Source: an uncultured Campylobacter sp. (GTDB lineage Bacteria; Campylobacterota; Campylobacteria; Campylobacterales; Campylobacteraceae). Taken from it: DNA of 64,000 nt. The position numbers and the translations under genes were made by a program. How positions within the stretch are numbered: the stretch's first letter is position 1; the number at the start of each line of letters is the position of its first letter. The stretch covers positions 4,663-68,662 of the forward strand of contig CAZSMF010000001.1 in assembly GCA_964607975.1 (NCBI GenBank), read 5' to 3'. Shown piece after piece: positions 1 through 10,256 of the stretch. The notes under the pieces were generated by a model. The model worked only from the letters and a program-made list of their open reading frames with translations, did no database searches and was not told the origin of the DNA.

Positions 1-933
1 CATTCAAAGCCCAATGAAACGCCTCTTTTGAAATTTTTAAAATTACCCATTTTAGCCCTGCGTTATAAAAAACTTTGTCAAAATTTAGGCATAGACAAGC
101 AATTTGTCCTGCTTAATCGCCCCAATTATGTAGCCCTACTCGCAAGAGTTTTTGGACTAAAAGCTAGGCTCATCATCAACGAATGCACCACACCAAGCAT
201 AATGTATGCGAAAAACAACGCCACCTCCTTTGTCAATAAAATGCTGATTCGCTTTTTGTATCCAAAGGCGGATTTGATTTTAGCCAATTCCAAAGGCAAC
301 CAAGAGGACTTAATCAACAATTTTGGCATAAAAGCAAACAAATGCCAAATTCTACACAATGCCATAAATTTACAAAAAATCAAAAAACTCTCCCAAGAAA
401 GCATTGATGTAGAGGGTAAATTCATACTCAATGTCGGCAGACTTGATAGAGGCAAAAACCACAGCCTTTTAATCCAAGCTTTTGCAAGGTGCGAAAGTGA
501 TTATAAGCTTGTTATTTTGGGCGAGGGAGCTTTACAGGCTGAGCTTTTAAGCCTCATTTCGCTTTTGCATTTGCAAGATAGGGTGAGTTTATTGGGCTTT
601 GATGCCAATCCTTACAAATATATGAGTAAATGTGAATTTTTCGTTTGTGCTTCAAGCTATGAGGGCTTTTCAAATGTTTTAATTGAAGCCTTAGCTTGTG
701 ATTGTGCTGTGCTTTGCACCGAGCATAAAAGCGGAGCAAAAGAGCTTTTTGGTGATGATGAATTTGGGCTTTTGGTTAGGGTTGATGATGAGGAGGCTTT
801 GTTTGAGGGCTTAAAAACAATGAGTGAAAATGCAAATTTACGCCAAAAATTCAAGCAAAAAGCCCATTTAAGAGCAAGTGAATTTGATGTGGTGAAAATA
901 GCCAAAGAGCTTTTAGATTATATTAAGGATTAG
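1..933 (+). CDS. pglJ: PglJ GalNAc transferase (GT4), 5'-truncated by the window edge
   Basis: Frame open from base 1; INECTTPS, GRLDRGKNH and EGFSNVLIEALA motifs; directly upstream of pglB as in Campylobacter pgl loci. Confidence 0.92.
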   Translation, partial: HSKPNETPLLKFLKLPILALRYKKLCQNLGIDKQFVLLNRPNYVALLARVFGLKARLIINECTTPSIMYAKNNATSFVNKMLIRFLYPKADLILANSKGNQEDLINNFGIKANKCQILHNAINLQKIKKLSQESIDVEGKFILNVGRLDRGKNHSLLIQAFARCESDYKLVILGEGALQAELLSLISLLHLQDRVSLLGFDANPYKYMSKCEFFVCASSYEGFSNVLIEALACDCAVLCTEHKSGAKELFGDDEFGLLVRVDDEEALFEGLKTMSENANLRQKFKQKAHLRASEFDVVKIAKELLDYIKD

Positions 934-935
934 CA

Positions 936-3257
936 ATGGAGCATTTTAAAGAGCATAAAATCTTTTATCTTTGCCTTTTGCTTTGCTATGCTTTTAGCGT
1001 GCTGTGCCGTTTGTATTGGGTTTGGTGGGCGAGTGATTTTGACTCTTTTAAATTTAACGATGAATTGATGATAATCTCAAATGACGGCTATGTCTTTGCT
1101 GAGGGTGCAAGGGATATGATAGCTGGTTTTCATCAGCCCAATGACTTGTCCTTTTTTGGCAGTCCGCTTTCGACTTTGACTTATTATTTTTACAAATTCA
1201 CGCCTTTTAGCTTTGAGAGTATTATTTTATATATGAGCGTGTTTTTATCCTCGCTCATTGTCGTGCCTGTTTTACTCATCGCTAGGCTTTATGGTTCGCT
1301 TGGCGTGGGCGTTATCGCCGCTTTGTTAGCAAGTATTGCTCATAGTTATTACAATCGCACTATGGCAGGGTATTTTGACACTGATATGCTTGTCATCGTC
1401 TTGCCAATGCTTCTTGTTTATTGTATGCTTCGTTTCATCATCAAAAAAGACGCTCTATCTCTCATCGCAATGCCTTTGGTAATGGCGTTTTACCTGTGGT
1501 ATTACCCATCAAGTTATACTTTAAACTGCACAACCATAGCCCTTTTTGTGATTTACACCTTGATTTTTCACCGAAAAGAAGTGCCTTTTTATGTGGCTGT
1601 GGTGTTTATGTTAATCAGCCTTGCTGAGGTGGCTTGGTATGTTAAATTAGCCCTCATCGCTTGTCTTTTCGCACTTTATGGCTTTAAATCGCAGTGGTTT
1701 AAGCTTCGTTTCACCCTCATTTTAGGCGTGGCTGTCTTTGCCTTTGTGGCTTTTAGCGGTGGCTTTAATGCGATTTGGTATCAGCTTGAATTTTATATTT
1801 TTAAAAGCGATGTTTCCTTGGCAGCTCAAAGCTTTGCGTATTTTAATGTCTCTCAAACCATACAAGAAGTCTCAAATATCAGCCTTTCGATGTTTATGAA
1901 AAGGATAAGTGCTAGTGAAATAGCGTTTTTGTTCTCTTTTGTGGGCTTAATCTTGCTTATTAAGGAGCATAAAAGTGCCATTTTGATGCTGCCTATGCTG
2001 ATTTTAGGCTTTTTAGCCTTGCGTGGAGGTTTGCGATTTACTATTTATGCTGTGCCTGTAATGGCTCTTGGTTTTGGCTATTTTGCAATGAGCTTTTTGC
2101 AAAAAATTCAAAATTACGAGCTAAAAATTGGCAAATTATTTTCCTCTCATTTGTTTTATCAAGGCTTTTTGATTGTTGTTGTTTTATTTTTAACCTTGAT
2201 TTTTGCCCTTTTAGCCCTTTATTTTGAAATAAATTTTTTCGCTCAATTAGCCTTTTTGTGTGTTTTTGGCTTTATTTTTATCATTCTTTTACAAGCAAAA
2301 TTTGTAAAAGCAGCACGCTGTTTTATGATTTTTATCATTCTTTTCTTTTCTGTGGGCTATGCCCTCGTTCATATTTACGGCTACAAGGCTTCAAGCGTTT
2401 TTAACAAAGACGAGGTGATGATTTTAGATTCGTTTAAAAATGTAGCTGATAGAGAAGATTATGTGCTTGCTTGGTGGGATTATGGTTATCCCATTCGTTA
2501 TTATAGCGATGTAAAAACCCTCGTTGATGGGGGCAAACATTTGGGGAAATTTAACTTTTTTCCCTCCTTTGTAATGAGTTTTGAACAAAGAGCAGCGGCA
2601 AATATGGCAAGACTTGCCGTAGAATACACAGAAAAAAGCTTTTACGATACTAACGATAGCCTTTTACAAACGGATTTACTTAAAGCTATGATGAGAGATT
2701 ATGGCTATGGTAGCGGTGCTGGGAATGAAATTTTATTTTTAAACGCCTTAAATAGCCCAAATTTCAAACTTAAAACCCAAAAAACACGCGATATTTATTT
2801 ATATATGCCTGTGCGAATGGCGATGATTTTCTCCACTGTGGCGAGTTTTTCAAAGATAGATTTACACACGGGCAATATCAACAAGCCCTTTATTTTCTCC
2901 CCCGCACTTGCACTAGCAAAGCAAAATGGGGCTTTTATTTTAAGCAATGGTATGCAAATTAGCGAGGATTTCACTCAAATATTCTTTAACGGTAAAAGCT
3001 TTAATATCAATAGTTTCATTGAATTCACCTCCATTAAAGACAGGTATTATGATGATAAAGTCCTTGATGAAAACGGGCTTTTTTATGTGTTTTATTTGAA
3101 AGAAAATTTAGCCCTACCTATGCAGTTTATCATTATGGACAAATCAATGTTTAATAGTGCTTTCGTGCAGATGTTTTTCTTTGAAAACTACGATAAAAAC
3201 TTATTTGAACTCATCATCAACGAAAAAAATGCCAAAATTTACAAGCTTAAAAGGTAG
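936..3257 (+). CDS. pglB: PglB oligosaccharyltransferase (STT3 family), 773 aa
   Basis: SNDGY, NRT, DTD, TIQE, GLRF, WWDYG, DGGKH and MxxI motifs; multi-TM N-terminus with periplasmic C-terminal domain. Confidence 0.98.
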   Translation: MEHFKEHKIFYLCLLLCYAFSVLCRLYWVWWASDFDSFKFNDELMIISNDGYVFAEGARDMIAGFHQPNDLSFFGSPLSTLTYYFYKFTPFSFESIILYMSVFLSSLIVVPVLLIARLYGSLGVGVIAALLASIAHSYYNRTMAGYFDTDMLVIVLPMLLVYCMLRFIIKKDALSLIAMPLVMAFYLWYYPSSYTLNCTTIALFVIYTLIFHRKEVPFYVAVVFMLISLAEVAWYVKLALIACLFALYGFKSQWFKLRFTLILGVAVFAFVAFSGGFNAIWYQLEFYIFKSDVSLAAQSFAYFNVSQTIQEVSNISLSMFMKRISASEIAFLFSFVGLILLIKEHKSAILMLPMLILGFLALRGGLRFTIYAVPVMALGFGYFAMSFLQKIQNYELKIGKLFSSHLFYQGFLIVVVLFLTLIFALLALYFEINFFAQLAFLCVFGFIFIILLQAKFVKAARCFMIFIILFFSVGYALVHIYGYKASSVFNKDEVMILDSFKNVADREDYVLAWWDYGYPIRYYSDVKTLVDGGKHLGKFNFFPSFVMSFEQRAAANMARLAVEYTEKSFYDTNDSLLQTDLLKAMMRDYGYGSGAGNEILFLNALNSPNFKLKTQKTRDIYLYMPVRMAMIFSTVASFSKIDLHTGNINKPFIFSPALALAKQNGAFILSNGMQISEDFTQIFFNGKSFNINSFIEFTSIKDRYYDDKVLDENGLFYVFYLKENLALPMQFIIMDKSMFNSAFVQMFFFENYDKNLFELIINEKNAKIYKLKR

Positions 3258-3260
3258 GCG

Positions 3261-4394
3261 GTGAGGGTTGGATTTTTAAGCCACAGCGGGGCGAGTGTGT
3301 TTCATTTTAGAATGCCCATTATCAAGGCTTTAATCGCAAGGGGCGATGAAGTCTTTATTATAGTGCCAAAAGATGAATACAGCCAAAAACTTGAAGCTTT
3401 AAATTTAAACATTGTTTATTATGATTTACAAAGAACGAGCCTTAATCCTTTACTTGTCCTTAAAAACAGCTTTCATCTTTACAAGCTTTTAAAGGGCTTA
3501 AATTTACACTTACTTCAAAGCAACGCTCATAAGAGCAATACTTTGGGGATTTTGAGTGCTAAAAAAGCCGGGGTGAAATGCTGCATTGGGCTTGTGGAGG
3601 GACTTGGCAGCTTTTATGTGGATAGGGATTTTAAAAGCTTTCTTGTGCGAATGAGTATCAACGCTTTGTATAAAATCGCCTTTAAAAAGGCTGATAAATT
3701 CATCTTTGTTAATGAGGCAAATGCGAATTTTATGCGAACTTTGGGCTTGAAAGAGGAAAAAATCGCCATTATTAAATCCGTTGGTGTGAATTTAAAGCAT
3801 TTTTGTCCCATTAAAATAAGCAAAGATGAAAAAAGGCATTTTTTGCAAAGCATTAAAGCAAATGCTGATTTACCCATAGTCTTAATGGTGGCTCGCACCT
3901 TGTGGCATAAGGGTGTGCGTGAGTTTTATGAGGCGGCGAATTTGCTTCAAAAAAAAGCCAATTTTATCTTTGTGGGTGGGAGTGATAAGAATAAATCCTG
4001 CGTCAATGCTGAATTTTTAGAAAGCGGTGCGGTTTTTTATTTAGGACAACGAACTGATATTGCTTTTTTGATGAATTTGTGTGATATTTTCGTCCTGCCA
4101 AGCTACAAAGAGGGCTTTCCTCAAACCATACTTGAAGCAAAAGCCTGTGCTAAGCCTTGTGTGGTGAGCGAGGTTGAAGGCTGTGTCGAAGCAGTGCGTC
4201 ATAGCATAGACGGGCTTTATTGCAAGGTGCGTGATAGCAAGGATTTAAGCGATAAAATCACCCTTTTGCTTGATGATGAGCCTTTACGCACTATTTTGGG
4301 ACAAAATGCCTTTAAAGACGCCTTAAACTACGATGAAAACTCCATTGCCAAGAAATATTTAGCCGAGTATGAACGCACTATGAATACTCTTTAA
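3261..4394 (+). CDS. pglA: PglA alpha-1,3-GalNAc transferase (GT4)
   Basis: GTG start; FLSHSGAS..HFR, GLVEGLGSFY and PSYKEGFP motifs; follows pglB. Confidence 0.93.
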   Translation: MRVGFLSHSGASVFHFRMPIIKALIARGDEVFIIVPKDEYSQKLEALNLNIVYYDLQRTSLNPLLVLKNSFHLYKLLKGLNLHLLQSNAHKSNTLGILSAKKAGVKCCIGLVEGLGSFYVDRDFKSFLVRMSINALYKIAFKKADKFIFVNEANANFMRTLGLKEEKIAIIKSVGVNLKHFCPIKISKDEKRHFLQSIKANADLPIVLMVARTLWHKGVREFYEAANLLQKKANFIFVGGSDKNKSCVNAEFLESGAVFYLGQRTDIAFLMNLCDIFVLPSYKEGFPQTILEAKACAKPCVVSEVEGCVEAVRHSIDGLYCKVRDSKDLSDKITLLLDDEPLRTILGQNAFKDALNYDENSIAKKYLAEYERTMNTL

Positions 4395-4431
4395 AAAATT
4401 GGTGAATTTATGCTGAATTTTTGGCTAAAAA

Positions 4432-4440
4432 TGCTACAAT
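4432..4440 (+). promoter_or_regulatory. Extended -10 sigma70 promoter for hydA2
   Basis: TGcTACAAT about 23 nt before the ATG; AAGGA ribosome-binding site follows. Confidence 0.6.
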
Positions 4441-4463
4441 ATAGCTTGAAAAAGGACTGAAAA

Positions 4464-6077
4464 ATGCCTGATTTAAACAATGATGAACTAAAAATCCTAC
4501 TTGAAAAGCGAGTTAAAGAACTCGAAGAAAATTCAAATACCGAGTTAAAGAGCATAAACAATGAAAGTGTGAGCTTTTTGCTTAAAACCCTTGCTTTACC
4601 TAGTGATTTTACGCCTTTGGCACAAAGAGTGCTAGAACTTGCCCCACGCACAAAGCTTGTGTGGCTTCATTTGGCTGAATGCACGGGTTGTAGCGAGAGC
4701 TTTTTAAGAACGACTTATCCAAATTTAGCCGAGCTTTTATTTGACTTTATCTCACTAGAATACCACGAAACGCTGATGACATCGGCAGGTTGGCAAGCAG
4801 AAGAGCTTTTAGAACAGCTTTTGCACTCAAATGCTGAATTTATCCTTGCTGTTGAAGGCGGTGTGGCGGCTTTTCAAACGCATTTTTTAACCATAGGTGC
4901 GTTGAGTGGTTTTGAGCTTTTGCAAAAAGCAGCTAAAAATGCCAAGGCTATCTTTGCCATAGGCACTTGCAGTTGCTATGGTGGCATACAAGCAGCAAGT
5001 CCTAACCCCTCAAAATGCTGTGGTATCAGCGAGGTTTTAAGCCAAAAAGTCGTGCAAGTGCCGGGCTGTCCGCCAAGCGATATAAATATAGTAACCAATT
5101 TACTCTTTTACACCCTCTTTCAAACCCTGCCGAATTTAGACAGCAAAAATCGTCCTAAATGGGCTTATGGCAAATGTTTGCACGATATGTGCGAAAGAAA
5201 GATGAAATTTGAAAGTGGAATTTTTGCTGAGCATTTTGATGATGATTTAGCCAAGGACGGAGCGTGTTTGTTTAAGCTTGGCTGTAAGGGACCTTATGCG
5301 TTTAGTAACTGCCCTAAAACCAAATTTAACAATAAAATATCTTGGTCCATAGAGGCTGGACACGGCTGCATAGCGTGTTGTGAGCCAAATTTTTGGGACG
5401 ATTTTGGCTTTTATGAAAAGCCTATGAATAACAATTTTGCCTATAAAGACTTTTCTTTGCCTAAAAGCTCTTTAATTGATTTAAAGCCCGATGAAACAAG
5501 CGTTTTTTTACGCCTTGATGATGAATTTGGAGTGTTTTACAAAGATGAGCATACAACGCACAATGCCTTGCAATTTGAATTTCAAAGCAATGTCAAACTC
5601 ATCTTACAAAACTTGGCTAAAAACAAAATAGGGGCGATTTTGGTGCAAAATTATAAGGATAAATTCCCGCAAAATTACGCCTTTATCGAGCAAAATTATG
5701 ATGATAATCCTCAAACAAGCACGGATATTGCCAAATTTTTTGACTACATTTTCATCTTGGCAAGGGGTAAGAATTTAAAAAACACGCAAGACTTTTTTGA
5801 ATACGCTCAAAGCTATAAATTCAAGCATTGCAGCCCCTTTGACATTAAAATGAGCTTTGATGAAAACAGGGCAAAGCTTGACATAAGCAAGGCTATGCGT
5901 TTTCCGCTCATTTATCTTTGCGGTGGTTTAGAGCTTGAAGGCATAGCATATAGTGCTTGTGTAAGCCTTTTTCAAAAGCTCAAAGAAGCCTTGCAATTTA
6001 CCAGCCAAAAGCAGAATAAAAAGATTTCTATCGCCTCAAATTCAGCTTTCGTTCAAGCTTATTTTGCTAACCCTTAA
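4464..6077 (+). CDS. hydA2: NiFe-hydrogenase small-subunit-like protein HydA2 (Cj1399c-like) with long C-terminal extension
   Basis: WLHLAECTGCSES, GTCSCYGGIQAA, VPGCPP, CLFKLGCKGP and GHGCIAC Fe-S motifs; no twin-arginine signal. Confidence 0.85.
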   Translation: MPDLNNDELKILLEKRVKELEENSNTELKSINNESVSFLLKTLALPSDFTPLAQRVLELAPRTKLVWLHLAECTGCSESFLRTTYPNLAELLFDFISLEYHETLMTSAGWQAEELLEQLLHSNAEFILAVEGGVAAFQTHFLTIGALSGFELLQKAAKNAKAIFAIGTCSCYGGIQAASPNPSKCCGISEVLSQKVVQVPGCPPSDINIVTNLLFYTLFQTLPNLDSKNRPKWAYGKCLHDMCERKMKFESGIFAEHFDDDLAKDGACLFKLGCKGPYAFSNCPKTKFNNKISWSIEAGHGCIACCEPNFWDDFGFYEKPMNNNFAYKDFSLPKSSLIDLKPDETSVFLRLDDEFGVFYKDEHTTHNALQFEFQSNVKLILQNLAKNKIGAILVQNYKDKFPQNYAFIEQNYDDNPQTSTDIAKFFDYIFILARGKNLKNTQDFFEYAQSYKFKHCSPFDIKMSFDENRAKLDISKAMRFPLIYLCGGLELEGIAYSACVSLFQKLKEALQFTSQKQNKKISIASNSAFVQAYFANP

Positions 6078-6429
6078 AGGCGATAATTTCTATTTCTACC
6101 TTTGCTCCCTTTGGTAAATCTTTTACCGCAAAAGCTGAACGAGCAGGGTATGGGGCGTTTAAAAAAGAAGCATAAGTTTCATTCATTTGACTAAAATCGT
6201 TAATGTCAGCTAAAAACACCGTGGTTTTAACAATGTGGCTTAAATTCAAGCCATTTTCAGCTAAAATCGCCTTAATATTTTCAAAACATTGTGCGGTTTG
6301 TTCTTTAATGTCTCCTTTGACAAGCTCGTTTGTAGCGGGATTTATAGGAATTTGCCCCGAAGCAAAGATGAAATCCCCAGCAACTCTATACGCTGAGTAA
6401 GGTCCTATGGCTTTTGGATAATTTTGCAT
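6067..6429 (-). CDS. ridA: RidA/YjgF enamine-imine deaminase
   Basis: AIGPYS, SGQIP, KTTVFL, PARS and LPKGAKVEIE motifs. Confidence 0.92.
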   Translation of the reverse strand: MQNYPKAIGPYSAYRVAGDFIFASGQIPINPATNELVKGDIKEQTAQCFENIKAILAENGLNLSHIVKTTVFLADINDFSQMNETYASFLNAPYPARSAFAVKDLPKGAKVEIEIIAFKG

Positions 6430-6550
6430 TTTTGTCCTTTCTAAAATGATGAGTGATTATACAAAAAATTTAACAATAATAATAATTTTTTGTTAAAAAA
6501 TATTATTATACTTTGAGTAAAATATTCAAACGAATTATAAAAGGAAAGCT

Positions 6551-7219
6551 ATGAACGAAGCACAAAAAGAATTATTCATTAAACTAACAGAGTTTTTGGG
6601 GCAGGTTTTAGGAAAGCAGTATGAAATCGTCTTTCACATAGTCTCCAAGGAGGGTTCGTATATAGCAGCTATTGTTAATAATCACATTAGCGGACGAACG
6701 ATAAATTCGCCGCTTACGGATTTTGGCAGCAAACTCATACAAGAAAAAGCGTATTTGCGTCAGGATTTTTTGTGTAATTACAAAGCCCTCACCGATGAGA
6801 ATGAACTTGTCAATGGCTCGACTTTTTTTATTAAGAAAAAACGCAAACTTGTGGGGATTTTATGTATCAACCACGATAACAAAGAAATGAGAAAAGTCGT
6901 GCATAAAATCATAGAGCTTGAAAATTTAAGCGGCTTTAACGAAGTGTCCTCTATTATTAGCAAGGCAAATGAAGATGATGAGTTGAGTTTGGAAACTTTA
7001 AGCCATAATATTGAGGATATTTTAGCTCAAAGCATTGATTTAAATGTGCTTAAATCAGGCTTAACGCTTAAAAGCGTTCAAAAAAATGACATCATCAAAA
7101 AGCTTTATAAAAAGGGGATTTTTAACATAAAAGGCAGCTTAAATATCGTTTCAAAGCTGCTTAAAATGTCAGAATCAAGCATTTACCGCTACATAGGCAA
7201 ATTCAAAAAGCAGCAGTAA
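6551..7219 (+). CDS. heuR: YheO-like PAS-HTH transcriptional regulator (HeuR, Cj1387c-like)
   Basis: YEIVFH, NNHISGR..SPLTD, STFFIK, LCINHD and C-terminal SESSIYRY HTH; divergent from ridA as in C. jejuni. Confidence 0.85.
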   Translation: MNEAQKELFIKLTEFLGQVLGKQYEIVFHIVSKEGSYIAAIVNNHISGRTINSPLTDFGSKLIQEKAYLRQDFLCNYKALTDENELVNGSTFFIKKKRKLVGILCINHDNKEMRKVVHKIIELENLSGFNEVSSIISKANEDDELSLETLSHNIEDILAQSIDLNVLKSGLTLKSVQKNDIIKKLYKKGIFNIKGSLNIVSKLLKMSESSIYRYIGKFKKQQ

Positions 7220-7862
7220 TATTTAGCTGTTTAAAGTCCTCAAAGCCACTTGCTAGGGCGGTTTTTTGCTCTAAAATTTGCAAAAATTCCGCTCGTGGTA
7301 TGGCTTTTGCACCCATAAATTCTAAATGCGAGTTATGCACTTGACAATCGATGATGAAGTCATAAGGGGCTAAAAGCTCACAAAGCTTTATCATCGCTAC
7401 TTTTGAAGCGTTTTTAGCAAGGCTTACCATACTTTCGCCAAAAAATACCTTTCCTAAAATCAGCCCATAAATGCCCCCTACAAGTTCTCCGTCCTCAAAA
7501 ACCTCTACGCTGTGGGCGTATCCGTCCTTAAAAAGCTCGTTATAAACCTGTATGAAGTCCTCATCAAGCCAAGTATTTTCTCTCGCACTCGCACAAAGGG
7601 CGATGAGCTTTTCAAAAGAGCTATCAAGCCTTATTTCATAGCGATTTAAAAATCTTTTTATACTTTTTTGTTTGTAAATTTCATTAGGAAAAAGCACCAT
7701 TCTAGGGTCAGGACACCACCAAGAAACGGGCTTGTTCGTCCAAGGGAAAAGCCCAAATTCATAGGCTTTTGCCACCATTTCTTTATCAAGTGTAGGGCTT
7801 AAAAAAACGGGAGCATTGCAAGGAGATTTTAGAAGTTTAGAATACAAACTCGATTTTGTCAT
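7203..7862 (-). CDS. aat: Leucyl/phenylalanyl-tRNA-protein transferase
   Basis: GLFPW, WWCPDPR, HSVEV, VGGIYG, FFGESM and IDCQ motifs. Confidence 0.95.
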   Translation of the reverse strand: MTKSSLYSKLLKSPCNAPVFLSPTLDKEMVAKAYEFGLFPWTNKPVSWWCPDPRMVLFPNEIYKQKSIKRFLNRYEIRLDSSFEKLIALCASARENTWLDEDFIQVYNELFKDGYAHSVEVFEDGELVGGIYGLILGKVFFGESMVSLAKNASKVAMIKLCELLAPYDFIIDCQVHNSHLEFMGAKAIPRAEFLQILEQKTALASGFEDFKQLNITAAF

Positions 7863-9966
7863 TTAAGAGCCTAAGTTTGATGACACCGCCTTTTTTAAGC
7901 TTTCCAAACAAAATTTCATCACTTATTTTCTCCCCTATTTCCTCAGCCAAAACACGCTTTAACAATCTCACGCCAAATTCTTTTTTATAGGCTTTTTTGA
8001 CTAAATAAAGCTTGGTTTTTTTATCAGCGATAATGCTTATGTTTTTAAGGTTTTTAGCCATTTCATCAAGCTCTTTTTGGACGATTTTTTCAAGGCTTTC
8101 ATCGTCTAAATCCTTAAAGTGTAGGATTTTATCGATTCTGTTGATAAATTCAGGGGCGAAAAAATCCTTAATCGCCCTATCGCTTTTCGCCTCATCTTTA
8201 CTCAAAAAGCCAAGTTCAGCACTTTCTTTCAAGCCCAAATTTGAAGTCATTACTATAATGGCGTTTTTAAAATCTGCCTTTAAGCCTATATTATCGGTTA
8301 AACTTGCATTGTCAAAAATTTGCAAAAAAGTGTTGCTTAAATCAGGGTGTGCCTTTTCTATCTCGTCAAATAAAATCACGCTAAAAGGGTTTTTACGCAA
8401 GGCATTGCTTAAAAGCCCTCCGTCCTCATAGCCTACATAACCAGCAGGCGCACCGATGAGTTTGCTCACGGCGTGTTTTTCAGCATATTCGCTCATATCA
8501 AATCGCTCTAAATTCAGCCCCAAGCATTCAGCCAAAACCTTGCAAAGCTCTGTTTTACCAACTCCGCTTGAACCCGTAAATAAAAACACCCCACGAGGTG
8601 AATTTAAACTTTTAAGCCCAGCATAACTTTGACGAAGTGTGGCACAAACAGCTTTAATCACCTCATCTTGCCCGAAAATTTGCTTTTTCAAAGAGCTTTC
8701 AAGATTTTTAAGCATTTTGCTTTTATCCAGCTCAAAGACTTTGTGCGAATGCGTCATTTTCGCCAAGGTATGCTCTAAATCCTGCAAGGTGGCGACTTTC
8801 TTACGCTCTTTTAAGACAAAAGACGCTCCAAGCTCGTCTAGCAAATCAATAGCAGAATCAGGTAGGAATTTATCCTGAAAAAATTTCTTTCCAAGCTCGA
8901 CACTTGCTTCTAGCACTTCATCGCTGAATTTGACTTGATGAAAGCTTTCGTATTGGCTTTTAAGCCCTTTAACAATCTGCAAAGCCTCCTCTTTACTCGG
9001 CTCATCGACATCGATTTTCGCAAAACGCCTACTTAAAGCCTTGTTTTTACCAAAAGTGTTTTTATATTCTATGAAAGTTGTCGCACCTATACATTTAAGC
9101 GTGCCGTTGGTTAGGGCTGGTTTTAAAAGATTTGACATATCTGCTTGACTCTCGCTTGTCGCACCAGCACCGACTATGGTGTGAATTTCATCGATAAATA
9201 AAATGGCGTTTGAAACCTTGCTTAATTCACTCATTATATCTTTAAGTCTTTTTTCAAAATCGCCCCTGTATTTCGTGCCTGAAAGCAAAGAAGCAATGTC
9301 AAGGGCGTAAATTTGAGCGTCTTTTAAGTTATCAGGCACTTTTTTTTGAGCTATCGCCAAAGCCAAGCCCTCAACGATAGCCGTTTTACCAACACCAGCT
9401 TCGCCCACTAGCACGGGGTTATTTTTCTTTCGCCGACTTAAAATTTGTATCATTCTTTCAAGCTCAAATTGACGCCCAATCAAAGGATCAATCTTGCCAT
9501 TTTGAGCCAAAGCAAGTAAATCATTAGCGTAAAGATTTAAATTTTCAAAGCCTTGATTGCGTTTGAATTGCTTGATTTTATTTACATTAAAAGCGTGTTT
9601 TTCAAGCAAAATTTTAGAATAAGTCCTCTCATCTTTACTCAAACTCTCCAAAAAATCAAGGATTTTAAGCTCTTCGCCTTGTTTTTCTTTCTCCAAATTT
9701 TCAAGTATATCATCAAGCACCACAGAATGCACGGGTTCGACTTGATAATTTAAAATTTGATTTCTTTGGGCTATATGATTTTTCAGCTCATTTTCAAGCA
9801 TATCAAATTCCCCATCGGCAAATTCCTTAAAAATGTGCTTAAAATCAGCACTAAGCCTTACAAGTGCAAAGAGCAAATGTTCGCAAGTGATGAATTCGTG
9901 GCGATTAACCGTGCTTAAATATTTAGCATTGGGAAGGTATCTTCTCAAATCCTCATTATAAGTCAT
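7837..9966 (-). CDS. clpA: ATP-dependent Clp protease ATPase ClpA
   Basis: Two AAA modules (GEAGVGKT and GSSGVGKT), FIDEIH, RFDMSEY; downstream of clpS. Confidence 0.96.
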   Translation of the reverse strand: MTYNEDLRRYLPNAKYLSTVNRHEFITCEHLLFALVRLSADFKHIFKEFADGEFDMLENELKNHIAQRNQILNYQVEPVHSVVLDDILENLEKEKQGEELKILDFLESLSKDERTYSKILLEKHAFNVNKIKQFKRNQGFENLNLYANDLLALAQNGKIDPLIGRQFELERMIQILSRRKKNNPVLVGEAGVGKTAIVEGLALAIAQKKVPDNLKDAQIYALDIASLLSGTKYRGDFEKRLKDIMSELSKVSNAILFIDEIHTIVGAGATSESQADMSNLLKPALTNGTLKCIGATTFIEYKNTFGKNKALSRRFAKIDVDEPSKEEALQIVKGLKSQYESFHQVKFSDEVLEASVELGKKFFQDKFLPDSAIDLLDELGASFVLKERKKVATLQDLEHTLAKMTHSHKVFELDKSKMLKNLESSLKKQIFGQDEVIKAVCATLRQSYAGLKSLNSPRGVFLFTGSSGVGKTELCKVLAECLGLNLERFDMSEYAEKHAVSKLIGAPAGYVGYEDGGLLSNALRKNPFSVILFDEIEKAHPDLSNTFLQIFDNASLTDNIGLKADFKNAIIVMTSNLGLKESAELGFLSKDEAKSDRAIKDFFAPEFINRIDKILHFKDLDDESLEKIVQKELDEMAKNLKNISIIADKKTKLYLVKKAYKKEFGVRLLKRVLAEEIGEKISDEILFGKLKKGGVIKLRLLNDKIEFVF

Positions 9967-10256
9967 TCTTCTTCTAACCTCGTTTGCAGTGGAAAATTGG
10001 CTTCTCGTGCGGCAATTTGCACCTGTCTTTGTTTAGAAAGGGCAATCTCTTGGGTAAAAACCCCGCACACACCGCTGCCATTGTTGTGAATTTCAAGCAT
10101 TATGCGTCCTGCATTATCTAAATCATAGTGAAAAATATCCATCAATACCTCGATGACAAAGTCCATAGTCGTGGTGTCATCGTTAAGCAATAAGAGCTTA
10201 AACATCTTTGGCGTAGCTAGTTCAAGCTCTTCATCAATCTCAGTTTTTAGCATCAT
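9963..10256 (-). CDS. clpS: ClpS N-end-rule adaptor (ATG 10256 preferred over TTG 10265)
   Basis: LLNDDTTTMDFVIEVL and MLEIHNNGSG motifs. Confidence 0.93.
   Translation of the reverse strand: MMLKTEIDEELELATPKMFKLLLLNDDTTTMDFVIEVLMDIFHYDLDNAGRIMLEIHNNGSGVCGVFTQEIALSKQRQVQIAAREANFPLQTRLEEE

Noticed and set aside
4464-4620. Tat signal peptide on the hydrogenase small-subunit-like protein
   Set aside because: No RRxFLK motif in the N-terminus
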